Assembly: GCA_044233745.1 (NCBI GenBank)
Contig: JBIIJN010000005.1
Span: 223-64,222 of the forward strand
Length of the DNA: 64,000 nucleotides
Origin: Crocinitomicaceae bacterium
GTDB lineage: Bacteria; Bacteroidota; Bacteroidia; Flavobacteriales_D; Crocinitomicaceae
Direction of reading: 5' to 3'
A program made the position numbers and the translations under genes. Under the pieces are notes generated by a model, which saw only the letters and a program-made list of their open reading frames with translations, had not been told where the DNA came from and made no database searches. Positions 51,574-59,780 of this stretch are shown one piece after another (positions within the stretch are counted from its first letter, which is position 1; every line of letters starts with the position of its first letter).

Positions 51574-53405
51574 AACTACTGCTGCTTAATGTAATGTTGT
51601 TTTTGACCATTTTCAGTGCTTTTGGTCAGAGTCCTGAGCATGAGTTGGCGAATTTGTATTTCATGAATGGCGAATACGATAAGGCTATTGACTATTATGA
51701 AAAGTTCTACAACGAAACACAAGATCCCTTTTATTTGCAGCGTTATGTGGAATGTTTGACCAAAACAAACAATGGAAAAGATGCTGAAAAATTTTTACTG
51801 CGCTACATCAAAAAAAATCCAAACGACTACTTGATTGCAATTTATCTCGGACGTTTTTATGAAGATGAGAATAGAAAAGAAGACGCCGATAAACACTATC
51901 GAAAACTCATTGATGAATTGCCAAGCAACGCCAATGCTGTACTCGAATTGAGCAAAGTTTTTAGAGATTTTCGGATGTATGAATGGGAATTGGAAACTTT
52001 GCTGAAGGGCCGAAAAATGCTCAAAGACAGTTATCCTTTCAACACGCAGTTGGCCGAGGTTTATGGCGCCTTGAACCGCAACGAAGATATGATTGATGAA
52101 TATCTCAGCCTCATCGAAGTGAATCCAGCGTATAAAACGTCTGTGCAAAATTTGTTGAGCCGCTATCTACAATTTGATGGTGAAGAAGACGCCATCTATG
52201 AATTGACGCGCGAACGATTGGTTGAAAAAGTGCAGAAAAATCCAAACAATTTGGTGTACACCGAGATGTTGATTTGGCTTTATACCCACCGTGGCAATTA
52301 TCCTGCTGCTTTGATTCAAGCCAAGGCCTTGGATAAAAGAGATAATCGTGCCGGACGAGATGTGCTCAACATTGGTATCACTTGCAAGAATTTCGGAGAT
52401 TATAAAACCGCCCGTTCAGCATTTCAATACGTCTTGGATTTGGGCGTAGGCACCCCGAATTATCTTAGCGCAGAAAAGGAACTTTTGAACACCCTTTTTA
52501 TTGAAATCACAAAAGAACGTGTTTTCACAATAGCAGAAATTCAACAAGCCGAGCAGGCCTACGAAGCTGCTATTGAGCGTGTTGGAAAATCGAATAAGAC
52601 CTATCGCATGATGATGGAGTTGGCAGAAATTTTGGCTTTTTATGGCAATCAACCTGAAAAAGCAACGGCTTTAACCGACGAAATCATGGCTTTGCCTCAG
52701 TTGCCCAAATTGGCAGTGGCCGAAGCAAAAATGTTGAAGGCCGATATTGAAGTAATGCAGGATCATGTGTGGGAAGCTGCTTTGCTCTATATGCAGATTG
52801 AAAAAGATTTTAAATACGATGTGATAGGGGCAGAGGCCAAGTTTAAGAATGCACGTATTTTCTACTATACAGGTGCTTTTGAATTTGCTCAATCACAATT
52901 GGATGTCCTCAAAAATTCGACATCAAAGTTGATTTCCAACGACGCTATGCGACTTTCTGTGATGATTACCGATAATTTGGGAATAGACAGTAATCTTGTA
53001 GCTATGACTCAATTTGCCAGCGCCGATTTGCTATTGAAACAACATAAATATGAACAGGCCTTCTTGATTTATGATTCAATTGTGAGCGCTTTTCCTGCCC
53101 ATGGTTTGGTCGATGAAATTTTGATGCGTAAGGCAGAAGCCATGCAAATGCAAGGTCGTTGGGAAGACGCTGTTGCCTATTTGGAATTGGTTTATAAAAA
53201 TCATCCTCAAGATATTACCGCCGATGACGCGTTGATGATGCTCGGTGATATTTATGAAAATCGCCTGCGTAATCCGGAAAAAGCAATGGAGTGTTACCGC
53301 ATTATTATGTTCGATTACAAAGGAAGTTTGCACGTGATTGAAGCCAGAAAACGTTTTCGGATTTTAAGCGGCGACGCCCCAATAGAAATGGTAATTCCGA
53401 ATTAG
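51570..53405 (+). CDS. TPR-repeat protein
   Basis: Signal peptide followed by repeated 34-aa TPR-like units along the whole length. Confidence 0.7.
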   Translation: MKLLLLNVMLFLTIFSAFGQSPEHELANLYFMNGEYDKAIDYYEKFYNETQDPFYLQRYVECLTKTNNGKDAEKFLLRYIKKNPNDYLIAIYLGRFYEDENRKEDADKHYRKLIDELPSNANAVLELSKVFRDFRMYEWELETLLKGRKMLKDSYPFNTQLAEVYGALNRNEDMIDEYLSLIEVNPAYKTSVQNLLSRYLQFDGEEDAIYELTRERLVEKVQKNPNNLVYTEMLIWLYTHRGNYPAALIQAKALDKRDNRAGRDVLNIGITCKNFGDYKTARSAFQYVLDLGVGTPNYLSAEKELLNTLFIEITKERVFTIAEIQQAEQAYEAAIERVGKSNKTYRMMMELAEILAFYGNQPEKATALTDEIMALPQLPKLAVAEAKMLKADIEVMQDHVWEAALLYMQIEKDFKYDVIGAEAKFKNARIFYYTGAFEFAQSQLDVLKNSTSKLISNDAMRLSVMITDNLGIDSNLVAMTQFASADLLLKQHKYEQAFLIYDSIVSAFPAHGLVDEILMRKAEAMQMQGRWEDAVAYLELVYKNHPQDITADDALMMLGDIYENRLRNPEKAMECYRIIMFDYKGSLHVIEARKRFRILSGDAPIEMVIPN

Positions 53406-53497
53406 AATTATAGAGAGTTGGTTATTGATAATTTGTTTTTAGATTTTTCAAGGGAACTGATTCATTTAATACAACTCGAATTTCCAGTTGGGGGACG

Positions 53498-53641
53498 GAC
53501 TCAATTACAGAAGTGAGGATTAGGATTTTTTTCTTTGGATACCAATTACAAAAAGCGCTTGTCGTTTGAAAACCTCAAGTTTTCTCAACTTTTTGATAAT
53601 TGGTCCAAAAGAAAAAAATTCCCGAACGGCTTAATTGAGTC
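53498..53641. repeat. long imperfect inverted repeat forming a three-helix hairpin (candidate structured RNA or MITE)
   Basis: Helices of 10 bp (53498-53507/53632-53641), 15 bp with one bulge (53525-53539/53604-53619) and 7 bp (53542-53548/53597-53603). The 48-nt apical region contains the hairpin GAAAAC-CUCAA-GUUUUC (53568-53584). Confidence 0.7.
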
Positions 53642-53710
53642 TTGACTTTTTGTTTCTTTTGTGTCAAGACAAAAGAAAAGAAAATAATAAGATTAAGAAT
53701 ATTTTAAATT

Positions 53711-54025
53711 ATGATAATTTACAACGTTACAGTAAACATTGACGAAACCGTTCATGAAGATTGGTTGCATTGGATGCGCACAACGCATATCCCCGACGTG
53801 ATGAATACGGGTTTGTTTATGGAAAGTAGAATTTCTAAAATTCACGCCGAAGAACAGGGTGGGCTAACCTACGCCATTGCCTATCTGGTTGAAAGCATGG
53901 ATCAACTAGATTTGTATCAAAAAGAACATGCGCCGCGTTTGCAAAAAGAACACAGTGAAAGATACGCAGGTCGGTTTGCAGCGTTCAGAACATTTATGGA
54001 ACTTGTTGAAGAGTTTAAAAAATGA
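53711..54025 (+). CDS. DUF4286-like protein
   Basis: 104 aa beginning MIIYNVTVNIDETVHEDWLHWM, as in the small DUF4286 family. The family name is from memory. Confidence 0.6.
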   Translation: MIIYNVTVNIDETVHEDWLHWMRTTHIPDVMNTGLFMESRISKIHAEEQGGLTYAIAYLVESMDQLDLYQKEHAPRLQKEHSERYAGRFAAFRTFMELVEEFKK

Positions 54026-54044
54026 ATTTGAGTTGGAAATATTC

Positions 54045-54097
54045 GAAATTCGAGATTTGAAATTCACACAAACCTCGAATTTCAAATCTCAAATTTC
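54045..54097. repeat. 21-bp inverted repeat hairpin (20/21 pairs, 11-nt loop)
   Basis: GAAATTCGAGATTTGAAATTC at 54045-54065 pairs with GAATTTCAAATCTCAAATTTC at 54077-54097. It lies 15 nt upstream of the phosphorylase ATG. Confidence 0.8.
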
Positions 54098-54112
54098 AAA
54101 TCAATTTATCCC

Positions 54113-54988
54113 ATGGAACAAAAAAAAGCATCCGAACTGGTACTTAGCGATGGCAAGGTTTATCACTTGGATTTACATCCCAGTCAAATTAGCGAAACCA
54201 TTATCCTAGTTGGCGATCAATTCCGTGTGCCTAAAGTTTCGGCTTTTTTTGACACACTCGAACATCAAGTACAGAAAAGAGAATTCCTATGTCACACAGG
54301 CACCTATCATGGAAAACGCATTTCGGTTGTGTCTACGGGCATTGGTACCGACAATGTGGATATTGTACTCAACGAATTGGATGCCTTGGTGAATTTTGAT
54401 TTGGAAAAAAGACAAGAAAAAGAGCAAAAAACAAGTCTTAATTTTGTGCGAATTGGAACGTGCGGAGCGCTGCATGCTGAAATTACACCTGGGTCTTTTG
54501 TGCTTTCAACGGGCTCTTTTGGTTTGGATAATGTGGCTCATTTCTATGAAATTGATAACACACAAGAAGAGCGCGACGTTCTAAATGCATTCAATAAACA
54601 TGTCGGTTTTCCAGAAACTTTGATTCCGTATTTCACTTTTGCTGATGCTGGGTTGAATTCCGTTTTGGCGAATCATCCGAATGTGCATCAAGGACTAACA
54701 GTTACTGCTAGTGGATTTTATGGTCCGCAGGGACGTCGTTTGCGTTTGCCTTTAAAAATCGCAGGATTGAACGATGCTTTTGCAAGTTTCCAGTTTCAAG
54801 AATATAGAACGGTTAATTTTGAAATGGAAAGTTCGGCTATTTTTGCACTTTCTCGCGGATTGAATCACAAGGCGGCTACCATTTGCGTGGCTCTGGCCAA
54901 CAGGGCAACTGGCGAGTTTTTAGAAGACTATGATGCACCAATGAACGATTTGATTCAACATGTGCTTAACTGTATCGCCGATGTCTGA
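54113..54988 (+). CDS. nucleoside phosphorylase (PNP/UDP family 1)
   Basis: Matches the uridine/purine nucleoside phosphorylase family: VSTGIGTDN, RIGTCGAL and the C-terminal EMESSAIF motif. Confidence 0.8.
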   Translation: MEQKKASELVLSDGKVYHLDLHPSQISETIILVGDQFRVPKVSAFFDTLEHQVQKREFLCHTGTYHGKRISVVSTGIGTDNVDIVLNELDALVNFDLEKRQEKEQKTSLNFVRIGTCGALHAEITPGSFVLSTGSFGLDNVAHFYEIDNTQEERDVLNAFNKHVGFPETLIPYFTFADAGLNSVLANHPNVHQGLTVTASGFYGPQGRRLRLPLKIAGLNDAFASFQFQEYRTVNFEMESSAIFALSRGLNHKAATICVALANRATGEFLEDYDAPMNDLIQHVLNCIADV

Positions 54989-55205
54989 TACAAAGAATAA
55001 AAACGATGGACTGAAATGGATGCGCATGGCTGGAGTGGCCGCGCAAATGGGAGCAATCATTTGGTTGGGACATGTGCTTGGGGTTTACCTCGATAAACGT
55101 GCAGGTAGAGTGGATGAATTGTATCACAACATTGTAACACTTGCCGCCGTGATGCTCGCCATGGCGCTTGTGATTCGTGAAGTAATAAAACTTGGCAAGG
55201 ACTAA
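54981..55205 (+). CDS. AtpZ/AtpI-like small membrane protein
   Basis: ATG at 54981. The product MSDTKNKNDGLKWMRMAGVAAQMGAIIWLG has two TM helices, like the proteins that precede F-ATPase operons in Bacteroidota. Confidence 0.45.
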   Translation: MSDTKNKNDGLKWMRMAGVAAQMGAIIWLGHVLGVYLDKRAGRVDELYHNIVTLAAVMLAMALVIREVIKLGKD

Positions 55206-55216
55206 AAATTGGAATT

Positions 55217-55600
55217 ATGTTAAAACACATCAATTGGAAATCGAGTAAGAACATTGTACTCATAGGTCTAGCGGGCTTTGCTTTACATTTTATCGCCTTA
55301 TATTTTTTGAAATGGAATGGTGTTTGGCTGTGGGCATTTTATCTCTATTTTATGGTTGCAGCCATTGCCGTTGGCGCTTTTATGAATTACTACAATACCA
55401 GCAAACCAGACCGCATGGGCTTGATGTTTATCGTGTCTATTTTCGTTAAAATGCTGCTTTTTACCGCCGTTTTTAGTCCCTTGCTGTTTTCTGGAACGCC
55501 CATGCTTATTCAAGAAAAATTAAAAATACTGATACCTTTCGCATTGTTTTTGGTTCTCGAGGTGATTGAAATCATGAATCTACTCAAACAACAATCTTAG
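55217..55600 (+). CDS. integral membrane protein (4 TM)
   Basis: 127-aa hydrophobic ORF, 11 nt after the AtpZ-like gene. Confidence 0.5.
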   Translation: MLKHINWKSSKNIVLIGLAGFALHFIALYFLKWNGVWLWAFYLYFMVAAIAVGAFMNYYNTSKPDRMGLMFIVSIFVKMLLFTAVFSPLLFSGTPMLIQEKLKILIPFALFLVLEVIEIMNLLKQQS

Positions 55601-55605
55601 CATTT

Positions 55606-55929
55606 ATGATAAATCGATTAGCACAACTTGAAGCCCTATTGGCAGAAGACCCCAACGATGTTTTTGTTGTTTATGCCATTGCCTTGGAGCATTACAAATT
55701 GGGCTCTGCACAAAAGTCTATTGCATTACTCAAAGATTTAATCGCCCAGCACGAAAGCTATGTGCCAGCGTATTTCAAATTGGGTCAGTGGCTTTCTGAA
55801 ATGGATGCCATGAACGATGCCAAATCTTATTTAGAGACAGGTATCGATCAAGCAAAAATTCAAGGTGACACCAAAGCCATTCAGGAAATGCGCGAATTAA
55901 TCTTATTCATTGAAGATTATGAAGACTAA
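55606..55929 (+). CDS. small TPR-like protein
   Basis: 107 aa with helical-repeat sequence (YAIALEHYKLG..., YFKLGQWL...). Confidence 0.55.
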   Translation: MINRLAQLEALLAEDPNDVFVVYAIALEHYKLGSAQKSIALLKDLIAQHESYVPAYFKLGQWLSEMDAMNDAKSYLETGIDQAKIQGDTKAIQEMRELILFIEDYED

Positions 55930-56449
55930 TACTGCTCTTATTTTCTTGCTTCTAGCACTGTTTTCTTGTGAAAAAGATGCGTGCCCAAGCAACTGGACCT
56001 TGTATGAGTCGGAAGCGCTTGAGATTTGTTATCCAGATTCATGGGAGCTAAACGATTCCGGGATTTATGGTTCTGAACTTGTAATTATTGATATGTTGGA
56101 TGCGGAATCCTCAGGATTTGGTAAAAATGTGAATATCATCAAGCAACATCAATCCTATTTCCCTCAAATTCAAAGCCTTGATGATTACGCTACCTTTTCC
56201 AAAAATCAAATGGCCGACTACCTGGAAGATGTCCAAATTCTATTTTTCGGAAAGAAAAAAATCTCCAATTTCGATGCGTACAGAACCGTGATGCAAGCCA
56301 ATCAGAGTGGCCGCGAACTCTTCTTTGTGCAGTTTTATTTTGCATTTGATGACCATTATTATGTAGCAACTTTTACGACCACAAGTGATGACAGTCCTGA
56401 GAACAAAAAATTGGGAGAAGAGATTATGGATAGTATGATATGGAAATGA
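55910..56449 (+). CDS. hypothetical lipoprotein
   Basis: Lipoprotein signal LLALFSC. It overlaps the upstream gene by 20 nt. Confidence 0.5.
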   Translation: MKIMKTNTALIFLLLALFSCEKDACPSNWTLYESEALEICYPDSWELNDSGIYGSELVIIDMLDAESSGFGKNVNIIKQHQSYFPQIQSLDDYATFSKNQMADYLEDVQILFFGKKKISNFDAYRTVMQANQSGRELFFVQFYFAFDDHYYVATFTTTSDDSPENKKLGEEIMDSMIWK

Positions 56450-56475
56450 AAGTCCATAAGAAAAACTCTTAATGA

Positions 56476-56685
56476 ATGACAAAATTAAAATTCGTTCAAA
56501 TACTTAGAAATCTTGATAGAAATTGTGAGGGACTTTCTTATGACGTTATTCGCGACATGGTGGAAGTTTTAAGGAAAAACGGTGAAATCAAACCTGCTAA
56601 TTTTATGGAACAGCAAATGATCGAAATTGTCGGGAAGAATTTGTTCAACCACGAGCAAACTTATGCTGACCTTTGGGAGTTATGA
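56476..56685 (+). CDS. hypothetical small protein (69 aa)
   Basis: ORF from the track with no recognisable motif. Confidence 0.3.
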   Translation: MTKLKFVQILRNLDRNCEGLSYDVIRDMVEVLRKNGEIKPANFMEQQMIEIVGKNLFNHEQTYADLWEL

Positions 56686-56876
56686 TTTTATGTAGCACGG
56701 AGAATACGAAATTGTTTCGCAAACATTTGTCCAAACTTTTTAGAATTTAGACGAGAAAGGTCTTGCAGGCACGGCGGAACTGAATTGATTTTCCGGTTAT
56801 ATTTTTTATTGTAAACTTTTAATTCATTGTTTTTGAGGCTAGAAGAAAATTTGTTTGATTTTTTTTCTTTTTTTTC

Positions 56877-56906
56877 TTGCTGATTATGAAATTAACTCTA
56901 CTTTTG
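56877..56906 (+). promoter_or_regulatory. Bacteroidota sigma-A promoter for tRNA-Val (TTG-N19-TACTTTTG)
   Basis: TTG at 56877-56879 and TACTTTTG at 56899-56906 with a 19-nt spacer. It lies about 38 nt upstream of the tRNA 5' end. Confidence 0.6.
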
Positions 56907-56943
56907 CACCCGTGTTTGAATGATCAGTCATTTATTCGCAATC

Positions 56944-57018
56944 GGGCTCTTAGCTCAGCTGGTTCAGAGCACCTGCCTTACAAGCAGGGGGTCACTGGTT
57001 CGAACCCAGTAGGGCCCA
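56944..57018 (+). tRNA. tRNA-Val (anticodon TAC)
   Basis: Hand-folded cloverleaf: acceptor GGGCUCU/AGGGCCC, D stem GCUC/GAGC, anticodon arm CCUGC-CUUACAA-GCAGG, and T arm ACUGG-UUCGAAC-CCAGU. Confidence 0.95.
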
Positions 57019-58537
57019 CCCTATGGGAAAGCACACCAAAATCGGTGTGCTTTTCTTTTTTTCGACCTCTAGAACCCTTGATATTGCTAAAGATTAGCTC
57101 AACAGCCGGATTAAGATCAACGGTTCGAACTGATTTTTTTTCGTAAACCAACTTATTGGGGAATATCGAACCGATTAACCTCCTTCTTACCTCTATACCT
57201 CCTTGTTTATATATGTTTTCTAGGTTAGAAAGGGTTCTAACCATGCGATCTAGTTTTTTATCAAGGTCGATTATTTCACTATGTGATTTGTGATGCTCCA
57301 CATTCAATCGCTGAAGGGCTTCATCAATCTCGTTTTTCATTGTTCGATACTCTTCTGAGGTGATTTCGCCATCAAGCATAAGTGCCCTGGCATTTTTAGA
57401 TCTTTGATCGAGGCGGTCAATTTCTCTTTTTATAGCATCTATTTCCGCTCTGTTGCATCGGTTCTGATCTGCATACTTTTTCTTTAAAATTTCAGCAAGT
57501 AAAATGAGCGGACCTTCCTCAAATCCAAAAGATTTAAGAAGCTTTTCAAATGCTTGATTTACATCCTCTGCTTTATGTCGTTCGGGGCAACCTTTCAGAC
57601 AATGATAGTAACTATAATACCCGTTTCTTCCTTTAGAATTTGATGCAGTTAGTGGCTTATTACATTGCGGACAAATTAAAAAACCGCGTAGAGGAAACTC
57701 CTCTCTTATTGTTTTGAATTGAGGTGGTACTTTTCTTTTTCTACCCTCAATAATGTCCTGACAGGCATAAAAGACGCTTTCCTCAATTATGCCCTCGTGG
57801 ATTCCATCAACCCATTGGTCGGGCTCATTCTTGTATGCACTAACCAATATTTTTCCAATGTAAGCTTTATTGCGAAGCAGATTCCAAAACCCATTTTTAC
57901 TGGTCTTCAGACCTAATATATTGTACTTTTTTCTTAGCTCCTCTGCACTGTACAAACCCGTCGAGAATTCTTGAAATACTTTTTTAACCAATTCCTCTAT
58001 CAAACCACCCTCCGGAACAATTACAGGCTTGTTGAAATGATCTCTAGTATGTCTATAACCCAATGGACGTGACCCCATCCAGCGACCTTCTTTTCTTGCT
58101 CGGCGCATACCGTGAAATACATTCAGTGCTCTTCTATCATTGTCCACTTCAGGAGTTGTAAGGTAAATGGCCAATAGTACTTTTTGCTCGGGAATTTCCA
58201 GGTTCAATGGCTGTTCCATTGCCCTTGCCTCAACCCCTAGCTTATTGAGTTTAGAAAGTTCGGCATAGGCCTCTGGTGCATTTCGAGAGAAACGATCCCA
58301 TTTTAGAAAATAGATGTAATCGACTTTACCTTTGTTTGACTTCAGGTACTTCATAATCTTTTTCCACTCAGGTCGATCGAATGATTTACCACTCTCGTCG
58401 TCATGATACACGCCTACCACATGAATATCCTGATGCTCGCAATAACGAATCAATTTATCCTTCTGATCGGCAGGGCTATATCCATTATTCTGTTCGTCAG
58501 TTGAAACTCTGGTGTATAGAATAGCATTTTTTTTCAT
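56978..58537 (-). CDS. large serine recombinase (resolvase/invertase catalytic domain + recombinase domain + zinc ribbon/coiled coil)
   Basis: The start at ATG 58537 gives MKKNAILYTRVSTDEQ with the catalytic Ser. The zinc ribbon is CPQCNKPL...YYHCLKGC, followed by a long coiled coil. The last ~27 codons are antisense to the tRNA-Val terminator and 3' half, and the TAA stop lies in the anticodon loop. Confidence 0.9.
   Translation of the reverse strand: MKKNAILYTRVSTDEQNNGYSPADQKDKLIRYCEHQDIHVVGVYHDDESGKSFDRPEWKKIMKYLKSNKGKVDYIYFLKWDRFSRNAPEAYAELSKLNKLGVEARAMEQPLNLEIPEQKVLLAIYLTTPEVDNDRRALNVFHGMRRARKEGRWMGSRPLGYRHTRDHFNKPVIVPEGGLIEELVKKVFQEFSTGLYSAEELRKKYNILGLKTSKNGFWNLLRNKAYIGKILVSAYKNEPDQWVDGIHEGIIEESVFYACQDIIEGRKRKVPPQFKTIREEFPLRGFLICPQCNKPLTASNSKGRNGYYSYYHCLKGCPERHKAEDVNQAFEKLLKSFGFEEGPLILLAEILKKKYADQNRCNRAEIDAIKREIDRLDQRSKNARALMLDGEITSEEYRTMKNEIDEALQRLNVEHHKSHSEIIDLDKKLDRMVRTLSNLENIYKQGGIEVRRRLIGSIFPNKLVYEKKSVRTVDLNPAVELIFSNIKGSRGRKKEKHTDFGVLSHRVGPTGFEPVTPCL
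57029..57062 (+). terminator. intrinsic terminator of tRNA-Val
   Basis: AAGCACACC-AAAAUC-GGUGUGCUU is followed by a U-rich run (UUUUCUUUUUUU). Confidence 0.7.
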
Positions 58538-58674
58538 GACAGTTGTTTTTTCTTCATTTCTAGCATTAAATCGGCAAGTTGCTCCAGCCATTGTTTTATC
58601 AAACGAATTTCTTCATCTGTTTTTCCATGTGCAAACTTTCCTAATAATTTTCTGCATTTTTCATTTGTAAACAT
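58534..58674 (-). CDS. 46-aa ORF translationally coupled to the recombinase (below track cutoff)
   Basis: My own translation is MFTNEKCRKLLGKFAHGKTDEEIRLIKQWLEQLADLMLEMKKKQLS. Its TGA stop overlaps the recombinase ATG (ATGA at 58534-58537). Confidence 0.4.
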   Translation of the reverse strand: MFTNEKCRKLLGKFAHGKTDEEIRLIKQWLEQLADLMLEMKKKQLS

Positions 58675-58747
58675 TAGTTAATCTAAACCAACTATAAGCC
58701 CATTCAGGGGTTAGAGTTTTCGTTTTCACTCGAGCCGCTTCACGGGT

Positions 58748-59686
58748 CTATATTCTTCGCGTATTTTTTACATACACATGTTTATCATTACGATATTTTA
58801 TCACAATTTCTTCGTATTCTTTCAATCCCAATATTCGTCTTACTTCTTTGGCTTTTTCATCCATCATGTCGGATTCGGTTGTCCCCTCAATTATTAATGT
58901 ATCGTCAGGATTTATTTTTATCTGAATACATTTGAAATCTTTGCTTCGGATTGCATCTAATACTTTCATTTCTTTTGGATTTATAAACCCCCAATGTACA
59001 AGATTGGGTAGATTGTCCTTCCCTTCCATGAATTCTGCAACCAAAGCATCAATGGGAATGATAAGCGATGGTTGTTTTAGTAAGTTTTCGGTTAAATTCG
59101 GCACTTGTCGGTGCTTCTCGGAGTAACCGGTCAAATCGTAAGTATAATCGTCTCCTACTTTTTTGAAAACGATCACCATGTGTAATCCGGAAAAAAGGGT
59201 TTCGTGAATTATGGAGCCAAATAATGAAATTAAGTGTAATTCCCCATCTTCTATAATATCGTCGATATGCGCTTCTATAAATGCAATAACTTGCTTAACT
59301 TTTTCAAGGTCCTCCTCAGATGCTCCTAAAAAATCGCAATGGAATTGATAAAAATCTTCAGGATCCTTTCTGATTTCCGAAATGAGGTTAGAGAAAAGTT
59401 CATTTTTAAGATTCCGAATGGCCTCAAGAGGCACCCCAAAATCCCTTGCAGCTTGTACAATCTTCAGCCATATAAAATCGTAAATATTAAGTCTTACCCA
59501 TGATCTCTTTTCATCATCGCTATCAGACTTCCAGTCAATAATACCCTCTTCTTTCCAATTGTAAAAATTTCGCTTCTTGACACCGCTTAATTTCAAGGTC
59601 GCCCTACGTTCAAATATTCTGGAAAACTCGTTCTGAATCTTGTTGATCAACTCTAGATTTAGGGATGGAATTTGAAAATCTTGCAT
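58748..59686 (-). CDS. hypothetical protein with N-terminal MerR/excisionase-like HTH
   Basis: 312 aa. The N-terminus LKLSGVKKRNFYNWKEEGII...IWLKIVQAARDFGVPLEAIRNLK looks like a MerR-type HTH. The rest is unrecognised. Confidence 0.45.
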   Translation of the reverse strand: MQDFQIPSLNLELINKIQNEFSRIFERRATLKLSGVKKRNFYNWKEEGIIDWKSDSDDEKRSWVRLNIYDFIWLKIVQAARDFGVPLEAIRNLKNELFSNLISEIRKDPEDFYQFHCDFLGASEEDLEKVKQVIAFIEAHIDDIIEDGELHLISLFGSIIHETLFSGLHMVIVFKKVGDDYTYDLTGYSEKHRQVPNLTENLLKQPSLIIPIDALVAEFMEGKDNLPNLVHWGFINPKEMKVLDAIRSKDFKCIQIKINPDDTLIIEGTTESDMMDEKAKEVRRILGLKEYEEIVIKYRNDKHVYVKNTRRI

Positions 59687-59692
59687 ACTTAT

Positions 59693-59722
59693 TTGTTTTA
59701 TTGCTACAAATACCTATATTTG
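59693..59722 (+). promoter_or_regulatory. Bacteroidota sigma-A promoter (TTG-N19-TATATTTG)
   Basis: TTG at 59693-59695 and TATATTTG at 59715-59722 with a 19-nt spacer, upstream of the zinc-ribbon ORF. Confidence 0.55.
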
Positions 59723-59780
59723 TCCCACAAACATACTAAATAATTACAAAGTGACATCATTAAAGACAAAAAAATATTTA

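Noticed and set aside
53928-54209. 93-aa ORF spanning the DUF4286-like stop, the 21-bp hairpin and the phosphorylase start
   Set aside because: It overlaps two better-supported genes in other frames, and its middle is the translated hairpin repeat.
57122-57130. GGTTCGAAC repeated 116 nt downstream of the same 9-mer in the tRNA-Val T-arm (56997-57005), considered as a possible att core
   Set aside because: It is only 9 nt, palindromic around TTCGAA, and lies inside the recombinase coding region. That is too short to distinguish from chance.
56877-57146. 89-aa plus-strand ORF covering tRNA-Val
   Set aside because: It is a translation of the tRNA promoter, tRNA and terminator. The tRNA cloverleaf explains the sequence.
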